In this document: positions 30,567 to 43,989 of the stretch, one piece after another
Layout: every line of letters starts with the position of its first letter
Numbering within the stretch: the stretch's first letter is position 1
DNA from: Schmidtea polychroa
Taxonomy: Eukaryota
Assembly: GCA_044892525.1 (NCBI GenBank)
Contig: CM097885.1
Location: forward strand, 43,092,001 to 43,152,000
Length of the DNA: 60,000 nt
Direction of reading: 5' to 3'
Notes under the pieces: generated by a model
Told to the model about the DNA's origin: nothing
Seen by the model: only the letters and a program-made list of their open reading frames with translations
The model's database searches: none
Translations under genes and position numbers: made by a program

Positions 30567-31559
30567 GTATGTATTTGAATAATAATAATCATAATAATGA
30601 AAGGGGTTTCTATAAATAATGTCCAAATGTAGGGGAAGCATGCATGTGTTCTCCAACACGCAATGATAATACGCCAATAGGGAAAGGGTTTTAATATAGT
30701 GACAACTATCTCTAAGGCTAAATCGATTCACACTTTCCAAATGGATGTGTGTTGGTACCCCGATAATATAATAAAAATTATGATTTATCTTTATTATTTA
30801 TAAATAAATCATTGTAATATATAAATTTCTTTTCAATTTACATTATATTTATTAAAAAATTGACTGAGAATCAATAAAGATATCGATGTTTTTTTATAAT
30901 CATGAATTTTAGGCAGTCTTTTTTAATTGATTTTGATCAAAATTGATTAACTAGTTTTTAATCAATTTGTGTAATATCAATATTTGATATGAAAAGTAAA
31001 ATATAAATTATATATATTTTTATTTATATTTATATAATTTTTATGTGACAAGATGGAAAGAAGGTAAAAATTTCAAAAATGTTAGATGTCGTTTATCGAA
31101 AGCGATTAATATATGTATTTATAGAATTTTACAAATTCTGTAAATCTTCTTTTGGGTATCATAATAGGTTTCGATTAGATTATTGCAAGCTCTGGCTCCT
31201 TGTATCGCCTTATATTGATTAACTAAGACTTATTAAATTAAAAAAACATTTTTTTTTTCAAATTTCACCATTGATTTCTTTTCCATTTATTGGTCAATCC
31301 TGCCTTTGATTCGCGTCTGTGTGCGCGTTGGATTCGGAGATGGTGTTTTTATTTGTATGCGCACACAGACGCGAATAGTGTGATTTGGAGATTGTTTTTA
31401 TCGAGTTTTGAAGATATCTGTTTTTTGGATTTTTGGTTGGTTTGGAAGTCTTGGATTTATTTGGACGTTTGTTTAAAAAGGAGTTGTTTAAATTTTGTAG
31501 TTTTTCGGTGAATTTGAAAATAAAAAGATTTAAAATTCGTTTGGCGTTCTGATTTCGAA

Positions 31560-31997
31560 ATGGAAAATGTAGTTTGGTACAATAAATCAAGAGTTGCAAT
31601 CACTGTTGGAATGGATGATATTATAATTGTATGGAGTTTAGAAGATGGCAAACAGAGTAATATATTATATGGACATTCAGAATCAATAACGAAATTAATC
31701 AACGAAACTAACTCATTCCTTTTAAGTATGGATTTATGTGATTATGTAATCGTATGGAAATTAAATCTTGATCAAATGAAGTTTAATAAATTCAAATCAG
31801 TTGAAGGTTCAGAAATTATTGACTTTAAGTGGATAGTTGATCCATTATCCAAATATGAATTTCTATATGTTCGAACAATAAAACTGGAACAGACACATGG
31901 AAATTTGGACACGAATCTCTATAAATCGAACTTTATGCTTGCGTTGTCACCGAACATGTGTTATTACTATATAAGGAATCAAGTCAAATGCTTTTAG
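31560..31997 (+). other. WD40-repeat-like ORF fragment inside intron 7
   Basis: ITVGMDDIIIVWSL..G.....LYGHSESIT...FLLSMDLCDYVIVWK fits about two WD40 blades. Confidence 0.5.
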
Positions 31998-33059
31998 CTG
32001 ATGCTTCGAAAAGGTGTGGTGCTCGGTGCCGGGTCGGGTTTGTCGGAGCAAATATGTTCCTTTCAACAATTAAACATTTACTATTTAAAAGCTTGAAGAC
32101 TATAAATCGGTAAATATATCAAAAACGTCGATATATTTACTAATTCATAGTCTTCAAGCTTTTTAATAATAAATTCAACAAAACAATTTGTACAACTCGA
32201 TTCAAACACTGCCTAAAATAGACATAACTCCTACAAAGACAAAACTTTTCAATTTTGATAAGTCATTATGGAAAACATCCATTTTAATCCAATTTGTAGA
32301 TATTTATATGAATTTAGAGCTTTGAAAAATTATCTTCCACTAAACAGCAAGTATATAAAACCACATGTTTCCAATCTTCCGTCTAAAATATATTGATTTT
32401 TGATAATATTACCGCGCTAAATCCCGCAGTGATACCAGTAATACCCGCAGACTATATGCATTTTATTATGTAATATTTAATTTACAAAAGTTATATAGTT
32501 TTAAATAAAAACCAAACCTTTTTTAAATAAACCAGCCTAGCTAACTATATCTAATAGTTGCTTGAGTATGTATTGCAAATTACTCGAAATGTTAACAATC
32601 AAACCGTGAATCAGCAATTTGTAATAATTTTATCGATTTCTTCAGCATTCGACAGTGAAATATAATGGAATATAAAATCGATGTATATAAGATATCAAAT
32701 CCTGGTCAGTAAAGCCAGTTGTCATTAAATTTCAGGGTACAGAAAATTTTAATAAATAGTTGGTTTTTGTTTCATCTATATTGTCGATATTCAGCTTCTC
32801 AAATGGTTATAGTATAAAAAAATTGTAACTTTTAAGGTATTACATAGGGATGGGTAATAATAAAGGGTTAATAATAATTTATTATTAATAAAACATTTAA
32901 TTAATCCCTTAACACGAAACCAAAAAATATGTCTAACGGTCCAAATTTTATTGAAGAAGAAATGAAGTAAACAATTACATCTACAAATAATTCTATCTGA
33001 TGATAAAATCAACATTAACCATGAAACATCTATCAATAATGAAAACTAAGATCAAATTA

Positions 33060-33702
<643 letters not shown>

Positions 33703-35259
33703 AACATAATCTCAAACTAATAAGAGCCTCTGTTGGGAATTTTTATCATAGCACAGCAGTCACATCACTTTTAAAAACACATCAAAAAATTTTATGTTAA
33801 AAGATCATTCTTGCAAATTTTAGTAAAAAAATGCTGAAATGCTAGTTTTTTTATACCATATTGAAAGAAACATGAAGAAATAACACTTTAAATGACTTTA
33901 TCTTTTCATATTCAGTATGTATTTGTTTTTAAAAAATATTGATTCCTACAGCAAGTACTGATACAGCATGAGTCATTTATTATTAATAAATTTATTAATT
34001 ATAATTCGTTATTATTATCCCATCCCTAATATTATATTAATATAATGTGTATACAGAGTCATTGTGACTATCACAAAACTTTTGCATCGGTCATTAATTT
34101 ATATATTCAAGTATAAATATCAATGACAATTTTGACTCATCGCAACTTTTTATTAGTTAAAATCAATATCTAAATAGTGTGATTATGTAATTCGTCGTTG
34201 ATAAAAATTTGTACTAATAATTGATAAATTACGCACATATTTTACTGATATGGATTATTAAATATGATTTATTTTGTCTCTTCAGACCGACCATCTTCAC
34301 TATCTATTTAGAATTTGAATGATACAATTAATTGAAAATATAGCGATATATAATAATGATCATCGGTTAACTTTATTTGATTAAAAAAATGTTTCAAATG
34401 TTATTTAACAGAATTATTTGATCTAATTTACGGTACGAATGTGATGTTGGTTTTGTGTGCAGCATTTTCTTTTCAGGTGTACCATATTAAACGAAATTTC
34501 TGATATAAATTTTTACATGGCCAAACTATACTTTTCATGATGTTTTTTTAGTTTTTGAATATTTAATGTCTCTATAATCCAAAGTTATCCTAATATACAT
34601 TATATGCACAAAATGTATCTTTGTTTTATAGATTCGTATTTTATCCAAATCAGTTAATATAGTAAAAGGTTGTTACAACCCCCTTTTAGGCTTACCAGTA
34701 ATCTTTTTCATCCAAATTTACAAAAATTAATTCATTTCCATTTCGACTACTAATAGCAAGGTAATATGAATAATGAATATATCCAATTTCGGTCTAAAAA
34801 TGATGAAACAAAAAGGTATTCTTTGATTTCTGATTGTTCAACTGACGGCTTTTATTTGAAGGCAGTATTTCATCCGTTAAGAATTATCTTTTAATATCAG
34901 TAAAAGTTATTTATGATATTTTTTTATTTTTATCACTAAATATTGAGAGTCTATAAAAAATAGACACAAATATAATTATCTTTAATTTGACATTTCTCTG
35001 AATAATAACAAGTGATACGCAAAATGGTTTAATGTTATACTCAACATAATTTGTTTGAAACGCGATATTGCAAACATGAAATATGGAAACGCGCATTTTA
35101 ACTTATTTACTGCTATAATTATTTAACAAATGAAAGGAAACACAGACTTGCTAACACCCTAACCCTAAAATTTCACGAACCTGGCAAAAATTGTGCTTCT
35201 AGTCACATAAAATAGAACCTATCCTTAATTGTGGATTCGCGGAAGGAAATGGGTTAAGT

Positions 35260-35598
35260 CAGGGATCGGCAACTAATGGCGCGCATGCTACTAAGTATCA
35301 TGTGAAGGTTTTGGGTGACACTCTTCGAACATTACGATTTATGAAAAAAATGTACTTTAACCTTCTCCTTCCTGTGAATAAGTAAAATTATATGTTTAGT
35401 GGGAATTGGACGATAGAATTTATACGAAACTGTCATTTAAGTTCATTTGCCTTGATATTTTTATGTAGTGTGTTTATTATAGTCAAATAAAATTCTTTTT
35501 ATATAAATTTCTAGTTTTATTTCCGTGCGACATGGAGTCGTCAGTATTTTTAATTACTTGTTTTGTGGCACACCAGCGCGTTTGCTTGCCAACCGCTG
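35260..35598. mobile_element. hAT MITE
   Basis: TIRs CAGGGATCGGCAA / TTGCCAACCGCTG; 8-bp TSD GGTTAAGT / GGTTTAGT (7/8 match). Confidence 0.75.
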
Positions 35599-35868
35599 GG
35601 TTTAGTAATAAGCTTATTTTTTAAATATATACTTGCCATTTATGTATATATTTAATGGACGTATATTTTTACCAATATTATATATATAGAAAGATAGCCA
35701 CGCTTAACTTTTACTCCATTTAATATGTTTGATTGAGAATAGAGACACCCAAATTTCGCCTTGTCCATAAACACATAATTTCAAGAACCTACCCTGTCGA
35801 TAAGCCATAGTTTGCATGAATACTCTAAATTTGACTCTTTCGATAATAATTCCTATGTATCTGAATAG

Positions 35869-35986
35869 AATTCCAAGCCCGAATTCTTTGTTACAGCAAA
35901 TATTTACGATGCCTCGCAATGATCAATTGGACTTTTATCAAAGACTGACAGAAGGTTTAATTCGTCGCGGAATTTTACCGGGATGA
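35869..35986 (+). CDS. CDS: CDP-diacylglycerol synthase exon 8 (terminal)
   Basis: Encodes (R)IPSPNSLLQQIFTMPRNDQLDFYQRLTEGLIRRGILPG*, matching the animal CDS C-terminus. Phase is compatible with exon 7; total about 453 aa. Confidence 0.92.
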
Positions 35987-36658
35987 AAATATTGTGATCA
36001 TTGATTACACTAACTCATGCATATTAATATTCGTTCCAATTCAAATAAAGTGGCTGATAGTGATATATCAAATATTTTACATTTGTTATTATGATTGAAA
36101 ATCGAAAATTGCACTGTTTTTCATTTTTGATAACGTCACATTCATTTATTTCTTATTCGTGTAAATTATATCGATTTCAATACTATTTCTTTGTATTTTT
36201 CAACATTATCAGAATATTCTTTTCGTTTATTTGTGTCGCTGTATGTTTGAACTTGTCTCCAATTGCTTTTATTTTCGAATACTAAATGATGAATGGATTA
36301 TCGGTATTATCCTTTTGTATATATTGCATTTATTGGATCAGATTTTGATGCTTTATTTATTTTTTCATGGTTTTACAGTAAAATAGTGATTGCACTTTTC
36401 CCGTTGAAATTTTATCAATTAAGTTGACTAGTTTAAATAATTTCAACTTGGATTGTCGTATTTAGAAATAAATATATAGTTGTTTGGTTTAATTTTCAAG
36501 TGGGAAAAAATATATTTATTGTATTATGAAAAAGCCACTGAAAAACGCTCACTGTAATCGGGTATGAAAGTAAGACTATGCAGAATTTTTATATATTCAA
36601 AGTTGTACCATAACTCATTGTTATAGTGTATACCCTCACTGGTAATACAAATTCATTG

Positions 36659-36660
<2 letters not shown>

Positions 36661-36753
<93 letters not shown>
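36661..36753. repeat. (TA)n microsatellite
   Basis: TA run directly abutting a Tc1-like relic. Confidence 0.97.
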
Positions 36754-36754
<1 letters not shown>

Positions 36755-36883
36755 TGGCCGTCAATGTGTTAACCAATTACTACCATATGAATTATCGGTG
36801 GTACACAAATATTTGAAAATCATTGTGGTCCGTATTTTTAAGAAGTTTATATTCAAACCTTTTTTCGTATTATAAATAAATTA

Positions 36884-37555
36884 TGGATTCGAATAGAGAA
36901 GATGGAAAAAAATCAATAACTGAAGAATTCCTGGGTTTCATCAAGAATATGCACGATGGTGAACCACCATTGGTGGTTATCCTAAGATGAAAATTTTAAC
37001 TTATTAAAACCTGTTACGTATAAATGGTTGAGTATACATGAGGATTCTGAAAATGGAACAATTGACTTGGATTATATTTTTAAAAAGTCCGAACGCAAAC
37101 TCAAAGGTATAACTGAAAAAGTTTTGAAAGTAGTAGAATGTTTTCAGAATTATACAACTTATACTCAAAATGGGATTGTCGAAGCATTAAGGAAATGAAA
37201 ACATCAGTTTTTCGGGAATTTGTTAGAAATTATGCAAAAAATAGATTTGACAAGAAAATTGTCAGTGAAAAGGTAATATCTCTAGAAATTACTGCAAAGA
37301 GAAAAAGTTTTGCCCTTAAATATCGCAATTTTAACGATTCTAGTTTGCTATATATAGATGAAAGTGGATTTAACCTACATACGAAAAATACCTACGTGTG
37401 CCATTGTTTCAAATAACAGGAAAGACTATAAGTCTGTTGGCGATAACATCAACTGAGAAAATACTTCATTTTAAGATTGTAGAATGGTCGTTTAAATCTT
37501 ATTTATTTGTTGAGTTTTTCTGAAAACAAAACTTATATTGGATAATGTGAAGTTC
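36884..37555 (+). pseudogene. Tc1/IS630-like transposase relic, 5' part (split by the LTR element)
   Basis: LLYIDESGFNLH (first catalytic D) and LILDNVKF, which ends at the GTTC target site. Confidence 0.8.
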
Positions 37556-38595
37556 TGTTGGGGTTCAGTAGGAACCGGAAATAAACTTTCGAAATTAGAT
37601 AATAAATAAAATAATAATTAATTACCAAAATTAGGATTAAAATAAAAATAGTATTTTAAAATTACCAAAAATAGAAATTAAATACTAAAATTAAAATTAA
37701 AACATAATTAGTAATAAATAATTACTAAAAATAGAATTGTAGGAATTATTTAAAATATATAATAAAAATAGTAATTAAACAATTACTATTAATAGAATTA
37801 CGTAAAATAAATTTGTATAAATAGCAGATAAAAAATTAGATGGAGGGACGAAGATAGGAGTGAGAAAAAACCGCAGTGACTAAAATTAGGAACCAATTCT
37901 ATTTATAGTAACGATCAAGTTTCGTCAAGTGATAAGAATCGTATCGATTGAAAGAAAATTAGTTTCGTAAATTTTTGGGAATTTATTTCTGTGCACATAG
38001 ACAGTTGGATTACAGAAATCGTGATAATTATTGGAAATATCAAATCGATAGTTAATTTGTGGAATAATTATTAAAACTCTCTTCAGTACTATTTAAGGAA
38101 TATCAGTTAGTTTTATCAATATTTTAATTATTAATATTTGAATAATTGTAAAGGTATTTATAAAGGGTTTATTTGCTTTAAATAAATTTAGGGGATATCC
38201 TGACGTCAGCACGAATTTTGTGTTGTCTCGTTAGTAATATTTATTAAAAAGAATTAACCAATTTCTGGGTTAATTCTATAGCGTAAATTTTGGTGATTGT
38301 CCCGCTCTCTTTTCCTTTCACCTATATCGGGCTGTTGGCGCATTTAGGGCCAGCCTTGATACTTAGTAACACTCTTCAGGGCGGTTTGAATAACCGTTTT
38401 CTATACTTAGAGAAAGCAGCGTGGTGTAACTATATTTATACATATTTAAACGTGTAACTAACTTTTAATTGAAAATAAATATTTGAAACATATCTCTTAT
38501 TTATTTATTTGATTACCTACGCGCATAAATTATTTACTTGGAGTCAGATAGAACATTTTTGTGTTAGTTCGAAGACATTCTCATCGAACCTAACA
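37556..38595 (+). repeat. 5' LTR
   Basis: TGTTGGGG...CCTAACA; I found 4 substitutions versus the 3' LTR by eye. Confidence 0.98.
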
Positions 38596-38598
38596 TTT

Positions 38599-38616
38599 TG
38601 GTGAGCCCGACGTGAT
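38599..38616 (+). promoter_or_regulatory. Primer-binding site, tRNA-Trp type
   Basis: TGGTGAGCCCGACGTGAT lies 3 nt after the LTR, one mismatch from the tRNA-Trp PBS TGGTGACCCCGACGTGAT. Confidence 0.9.
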
Positions 38617-38694
38617 AAAATTATCAGCGGGTAGATATTGAATTAAAACAAAATAGCGTTAGGAACTAGAGCCAGAGTAAAACTGGAAAATCAA

Positions 38695-39825
38695 ATGGCA
38701 GAGGAAGCTAATGTAAATGCATTTGCCAGATATCCCGCTCTGCCCGGTGATCCGGGAGAATTCCCAGAGTTTATGTCTGAATATTATCAGATGGCCAAAG
38801 CATATGCCTATCCAGATAATATCATGATACAAAGGCTACCTATATATTTGAAGGGGCTGGCAAGAGAAAAATATAATGACATTATGGCATTACCAATTGC
38901 CCAAGTTCCAAAAACATGGGCTGAAATGAGAGAACAAATGACTGCTCGAATATTGCCCGGAGATGCGGGAAGAATATTTAGACAACAATTTTATCACCGA
39001 AAACAGAATGCCAATGAACATGTAGGGGAATTTGCACACCAGCTATCACTAATTGCTGAAAGAGCATTCGGACCAAAAACCACATGGGCAAAGCCCACAG
39101 AATTGTTAGTTAAGGATCAGTTATGGGCAGGACTTACTCCTACAATGAGGAACGCTCTAATATTACATACTAGTGATGATTTTGATGAATTGACTCGGAA
39201 AGCTGTCGTAATTGAAAGCAGCTTGGAAAAGTCAACCATGTTCCTCGTAAACAGTGAAAGAACACCAGTAGAATGTTTCAATTGCCATAGAAAAGGGCAT
39301 ATAGCGAAGGATTGTACCAGCAGGAAAATTATGGACAATCGCAAAAGTATGCAATGCACCAAATGTGGACGGAATAACCATGGTGCGGAAAATTGTAGAG
39401 TACAGAATTTGCAATGCGAAAAATGTAAACGAAAAGGACATGTTGCTGCGGTCTGCAAGACTAGAAGTCCTCAGAACAGCAATAATTTTAGCACAATTAA
39501 AAGAGATGATGTAAATTCATCAGGAAAGATAAAATGTCACGGATGTGGGAAATTCGGACATATGATGAGGTCATGTCCGCAGAACCAGAGTGGAAATACG
39601 AGTCAGTTTAATAAAAATACCGATAAGGGTAATGTGAACAAGTCTAAGACCACTTTCATGGTTAACCAGGATCAAGGGTTAACGTATTTGCAACAACTGG
39701 AAATGGAAATCCAGGAGGAAAAGAATAGGTTGGCTAGATTGACCGACCAAGAAGGCACCATCTTCATGGTAGAAGTTGGAAGAGATGAATATCTCAGAAA
39801 AAAGGACTCCGTTAGAGTATCATAA
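38695..39825 (+). CDS. gag: Gag (capsid-like domain plus four CCHC zinc knuckles)
   Basis: RKQNANEHVGEFAHQL capsid-like motif; knuckles CFNCHRKGHIAKDC, CTKCGRNNHGAENC, CEKCKRKGHVAAVC and CHGCGKFGHMMRSC. Confidence 0.95.
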   Translation: MAEEANVNAFARYPALPGDPGEFPEFMSEYYQMAKAYAYPDNIMIQRLPIYLKGLAREKYNDIMALPIAQVPKTWAEMREQMTARILPGDAGRIFRQQFYHRKQNANEHVGEFAHQLSLIAERAFGPKTTWAKPTELLVKDQLWAGLTPTMRNALILHTSDDFDELTRKAVVIESSLEKSTMFLVNSERTPVECFNCHRKGHIAKDCTSRKIMDNRKSMQCTKCGRNNHGAENCRVQNLQCEKCKRKGHVAAVCKTRSPQNSNNFSTIKRDDVNSSGKIKCHGCGKFGHMMRSCPQNQSGNTSQFNKNTDKGNVNKSKTTFMVNQDQGLTYLQQLEMEIQEEKNRLARLTDQEGTIFMVEVGRDEYLRKKDSVRVS

Positions 39826-41452
39826 CGACACGTACAAAATCCTAAGGAAATTAGGAAAACTCTTGGAACATGAGTGGGATCTCCAAGATGCCCAGCTCAA
39901 TATAAAACTCCCACAGGATAAAGAGTATAATCTCGATATAAATGTAAGAAGTCGAGCCGATAAATTAAAGGAAACATTGACAAGTATTAAGCATCAAGGA
40001 TATGACTTATACTTATGTGGAATAAAATTAGAAGCAAATCAAACACTTCTACAGAACGGGATACTCCCAGGTAGAGTGACAAAGCTCACAGCAAAGAGAG
40101 CACAGAAGCCAGTAGCAGTAATGGATCAAGATAGCGTATTCTTGATTACTCAAATGGAAATAGAGAGATTGGAAGAAACCCAACAATTAACCCAGCGACT
40201 AGGGTTGGAATTGCAGAAATCTCCACGAGATGGAGAAACTATAAAGGAAATACTTGACTGGATGTTAGTATTGCGTATACCAGTAGATTTGTTGGAAGCA
40301 ATAATTCCACTTATACTACCAGTGGTAAAGGAAACAAGCCCATTCCAGACGCAAATTGAAGCGCTGATGAGGAAAAATGGGAAAGCTATCCGAAGTCAGC
40401 CTGATAGACAAGGCAACATTAATCTAGACGTGCGAATGATGGGAAAAGAACCATTAACAATGATTTATAATTGCTATATCAAGGTTAAAATATTGAGGAG
40501 AGATGTAATTGCCACCGATCAAACTACAGGTATATTCCTGATAATGGTCCATGGCAGGCAGGTGGATGATGATGAATATTTAGTGGATGTGGGTTGTCTA
40601 CCGCTGGCAACAACCACGGTAATGATCATCCCAGTAACTCCACCAGAGTCCCAGTGGTCATTAATGAGACTGCCAGATATAGCAAACGAAATTGCGGAAG
40701 AGATTGAGGAAATAAGATTAGAGGAAATTAATCCCTGTCCAATGGTGGACATTGACGAGGAAGATTACTTCTCAGAATACGTCAGATTAAATCCAGGAGA
40801 AACAAACATAGGAGCTACTACGTCACAAGCAGTAACAAATCTGGAGACTGAAAAACCTCCGGAGAAAGTGAAAAAAGATGCACGAGGACGTCCTAGAAAG
40901 GATCAAATGAAACCCCCACCCAAGGAGCAGTTAAATCCAGAAACGATTCGGAAAATTCAGTTAAAAACATTAGCAGGGATAGCTCAAGAAATGGACGACC
41001 AGGCGGGAGATGAGACAACGTCAGAAAGGTCGTTATTGTGGCAACGTATACAACAAATGATCGGGATTATCAGGCCCGAATGGAGAATTCCAAAAATCAA
41101 GGGAATCGAAGTAAAGAAAATAACAAAAGAGGTCAAGAAGACAATGGACAGAGTATCCAAAGATGTATCAACAAGAGATACCCAGGAGGCCATAGAAGCA
41201 TTCGTGCAGCAAGGGTTAACAAGAGGGAAAGTGGTAACATCTTTATCATTGTTAATCCAAAATGCCTTAGCCCGGATAGGGGACGATAAAAGGCTTATAG
41301 AACGAGAAATCGATCGAATAGTCGAAATGGTAGATTATTACCTAGAGGTATGGATGACCGTAAACAAATTTTGGGAAAAGGAAATAATTCCAAAACCACG
41401 ATTTGAAGTCGTAGAAGAAGCCATAAATAATGGTAGTCCAGGCACCGGAAAC
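39800..41452 (+). CDS. Inter-gag/env polyprotein region: two ubiquitin-like domains, acidic linker, AT-hook and a helical domain
   Basis: Open frame (ORF 39776-41986). Ubiquitin-like patterns at 39893-40100 and 40418-40636; RGRPRK at 40883-40900. Confidence 0.7.
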
Positions 41453-43320
41453 ATGACAAGCATGATCCTGATGTTCCTAGTGATGATGGGCATATTAAAA
41501 CAAACAAATTCATTAACAGTATTTGACTGTGGAAATCCTAAACTATCTCGGGTATATTCGCTAGTAGATGCAATCGAGTGCAAAGAGGCGTATCCCGAGA
41601 AGGTTCATCAAGGGGAAAAGGTAGAATATTATGTCTACCAAGAGAGTGAATTTTATAGAACCACGATAAAGGAATGTAGAGTTCAGAGAGCTACGTTCGA
41701 ATATTATTGCGGTAGTAATAGCTATTCTGCTTTTCTATCCGCAACATTAATACCAAGGCCGGTAAACATAATGCCCGAAGATTGCTTAGATGCATTTCGA
41801 AAAGGAAGCGTGAGGATAGACAACGAGGTATCAATCTCAGCAGAAATAGGGAAAACATTGGGAATAACAATCACCCGAGGAGGAACAATTGCCTCAGATG
41901 GAACCTGCGAAGGTAGAAAGAAAATTCGCGGTAGCAATCTGGTTTCCTATGTAGTAGACATAGAAGATTACTCAGTGGAGCTATGAGAATATGAGGGAAC
42001 ATTCGATGTGGCCACAGGAAAATTAATGGCACATCCGCAATGCAATGCCAAGTTCGGTAGTTGTAAAACGGGAACCACTACGTTAATTTACGAACAAATG
42101 AGAGATCATTGTGAGTTGGCTTTCCTCAAGAAAATTCCTTTTAGAAAATTAAATGGAACTAAATATCGGGACTCCCAGAATCCAGAAAAGGTTTGGGATA
42201 AAGCAAAAACGCTGAAGAAAATCAACAAACAAGAGAAGGAAGATATCGGAGAGGAAAACACACCTCTAGTGTTAATATCGGAAGACAAGACGGAAGCAAT
42301 TCGATTTGTCCGAAAAGATAAAAAGACTAAATGTGGGAAAAGAGTATACGAGACGAACTATAAAGGAATTTTCCTGTCAAGAGAATATATTCGGAATTCC
42401 AAGGTCCTACATGTAAAGGATATCAAAATCACGAATTATATAAATAATAAGGTAGATTATTTATATCATGATCTGCAGGGACAAATGCAAGATATGTATC
42501 AAGAAGTGATACTAAACGATTGTAAGCTAAATCGTGAAATAGTCCGAAATAGATTAGCAATATCTATTGTTAACCCAGAGTTGGTTACTCCAATGTTATT
42601 GGAAGATGGAATGTTTGGCAGAATCATGGGAGAAGCTATATATAGCTATGAGTGTAAACCAGTTGAAGTACAATTAGCCAGATTTAATCAATGCACTCTA
42701 GAACTGCCAGTATCTTACCAAGGAAAATTGAGATTTGTTATGCCAGTAACCAGAAAGTTACTTGAGGAAAACGCTAAACCTCAACCAGCTATATGCAACC
42801 CGGCAATATCACCATTATACAAAATAAATGACATGTGGATATCTCTGCCGGAAAGAAAACCATCTACACAACGGGTAGAGACCTTGGAGGTGACTAAATT
42901 AAAAGATAATCTGGAATTCAAGTCACTAGATGAATTAGCAAAAGAGGGATCTATACTCCCGACGATATCGAGGAAGCAAGGAGGACATTGCTATTCCCAC
43001 AAATCAGAGACAGAGGTATCACGGAAATTATAAGAACAATTTATCATGATAATTTGATACGACCAGATTACAATTTATTATTTGGACCGGAACACTATAA
43101 AGAAGCAGCAAAGAACGTAATGATGAAAATATGGGGACGATTTACCAATTTTGGTATTTTCGTCGCGGGATGTTCAGGAATTTACGCAATATTTGTAATT
43201 TTAAAGCTGATAATTACACAACTGATGTCAACATATAGCATATTCAAAATTGGAGGATGGTCATGGAAACTGCTATTAGGACTATGTCCTATGTGTGCAG
43301 AGTTTGCATTATTCAAACAT
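41453..43320 (+). CDS. env: Env-like glycoprotein, chuvirus/Jingchuvirales G-like (disrupted by TGA at 41984 and a 1-nt frameshift near 42948)
   Basis: Signal peptide MTSMILMFLVMMGILKQTNS, then LTVFDCG...YYCG...GEAIYSYECKPVEV..QCTLELPV..FVMPVTR..CNP..PLYKI..W..GIYTPDDI..LLFP, followed by a C-terminal TM region. Confidence 0.85.
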
Positions 43321-43989
43321 CACAGAAAAGAAATTAAAGAAATTAGACAGAAACACTTGGTCAAACATGAAGTAATTGGAACAGAAATGGAGGAGTATTC
43401 GAGTTATCGGGACGATAACAATTCAAAGGGAGGAGGTAATGGAGGCTCTCGTGAGACATCTTCAAGATCAAATCAATCACGAAAACAGAACTACAACAAA
43501 AAACCGAATCAGCAACAAAGAAAATCGAGATTCAAGGAATATCTTCCTCCATATGATCAATCAAAGGAAATCTATGTGAGAAAACAGTCCTCAGAAGGAG
43601 AATATGACAGTTCCGACCAAAAATTCGACATAAGGTCACCCAGATTCAAGAGAAGTCCAAGATATGTACAATTGCCAACTTTGAGGAGTTTACCATCCGC
43701 ACCAAACGAAGGGCGGGAACATTCGAGGGAAACAACACTCAGAACAGGACGACACCAATGGAAAATCGGTGAAGATACCATATTTAATAATTTGACATGC
43801 TCAACATTGCCAGAAGTACCTAAAGTGCACTATCCAAAGGAAGCGTTAGAGTCAATTAAAGCTAAATTCAAAGAGTATAATCCTCAACTGAGTGATCCTG
43901 AATTACTGGAAGCAGAACAAACGAGGGCAAATACAATCGGTATATCGCACGATACTATCTTGATGGTCAACAACCCAGTGAACTTGGAT

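Noticed and set aside
40150..40400. Helical segment between the UBLs resembling a TFIIS N-terminal domain
   Set aside because: Similarity is limited to a hydrophobic pattern and lacks the T-x-IG and W motifs; it cannot be supported without a profile search.
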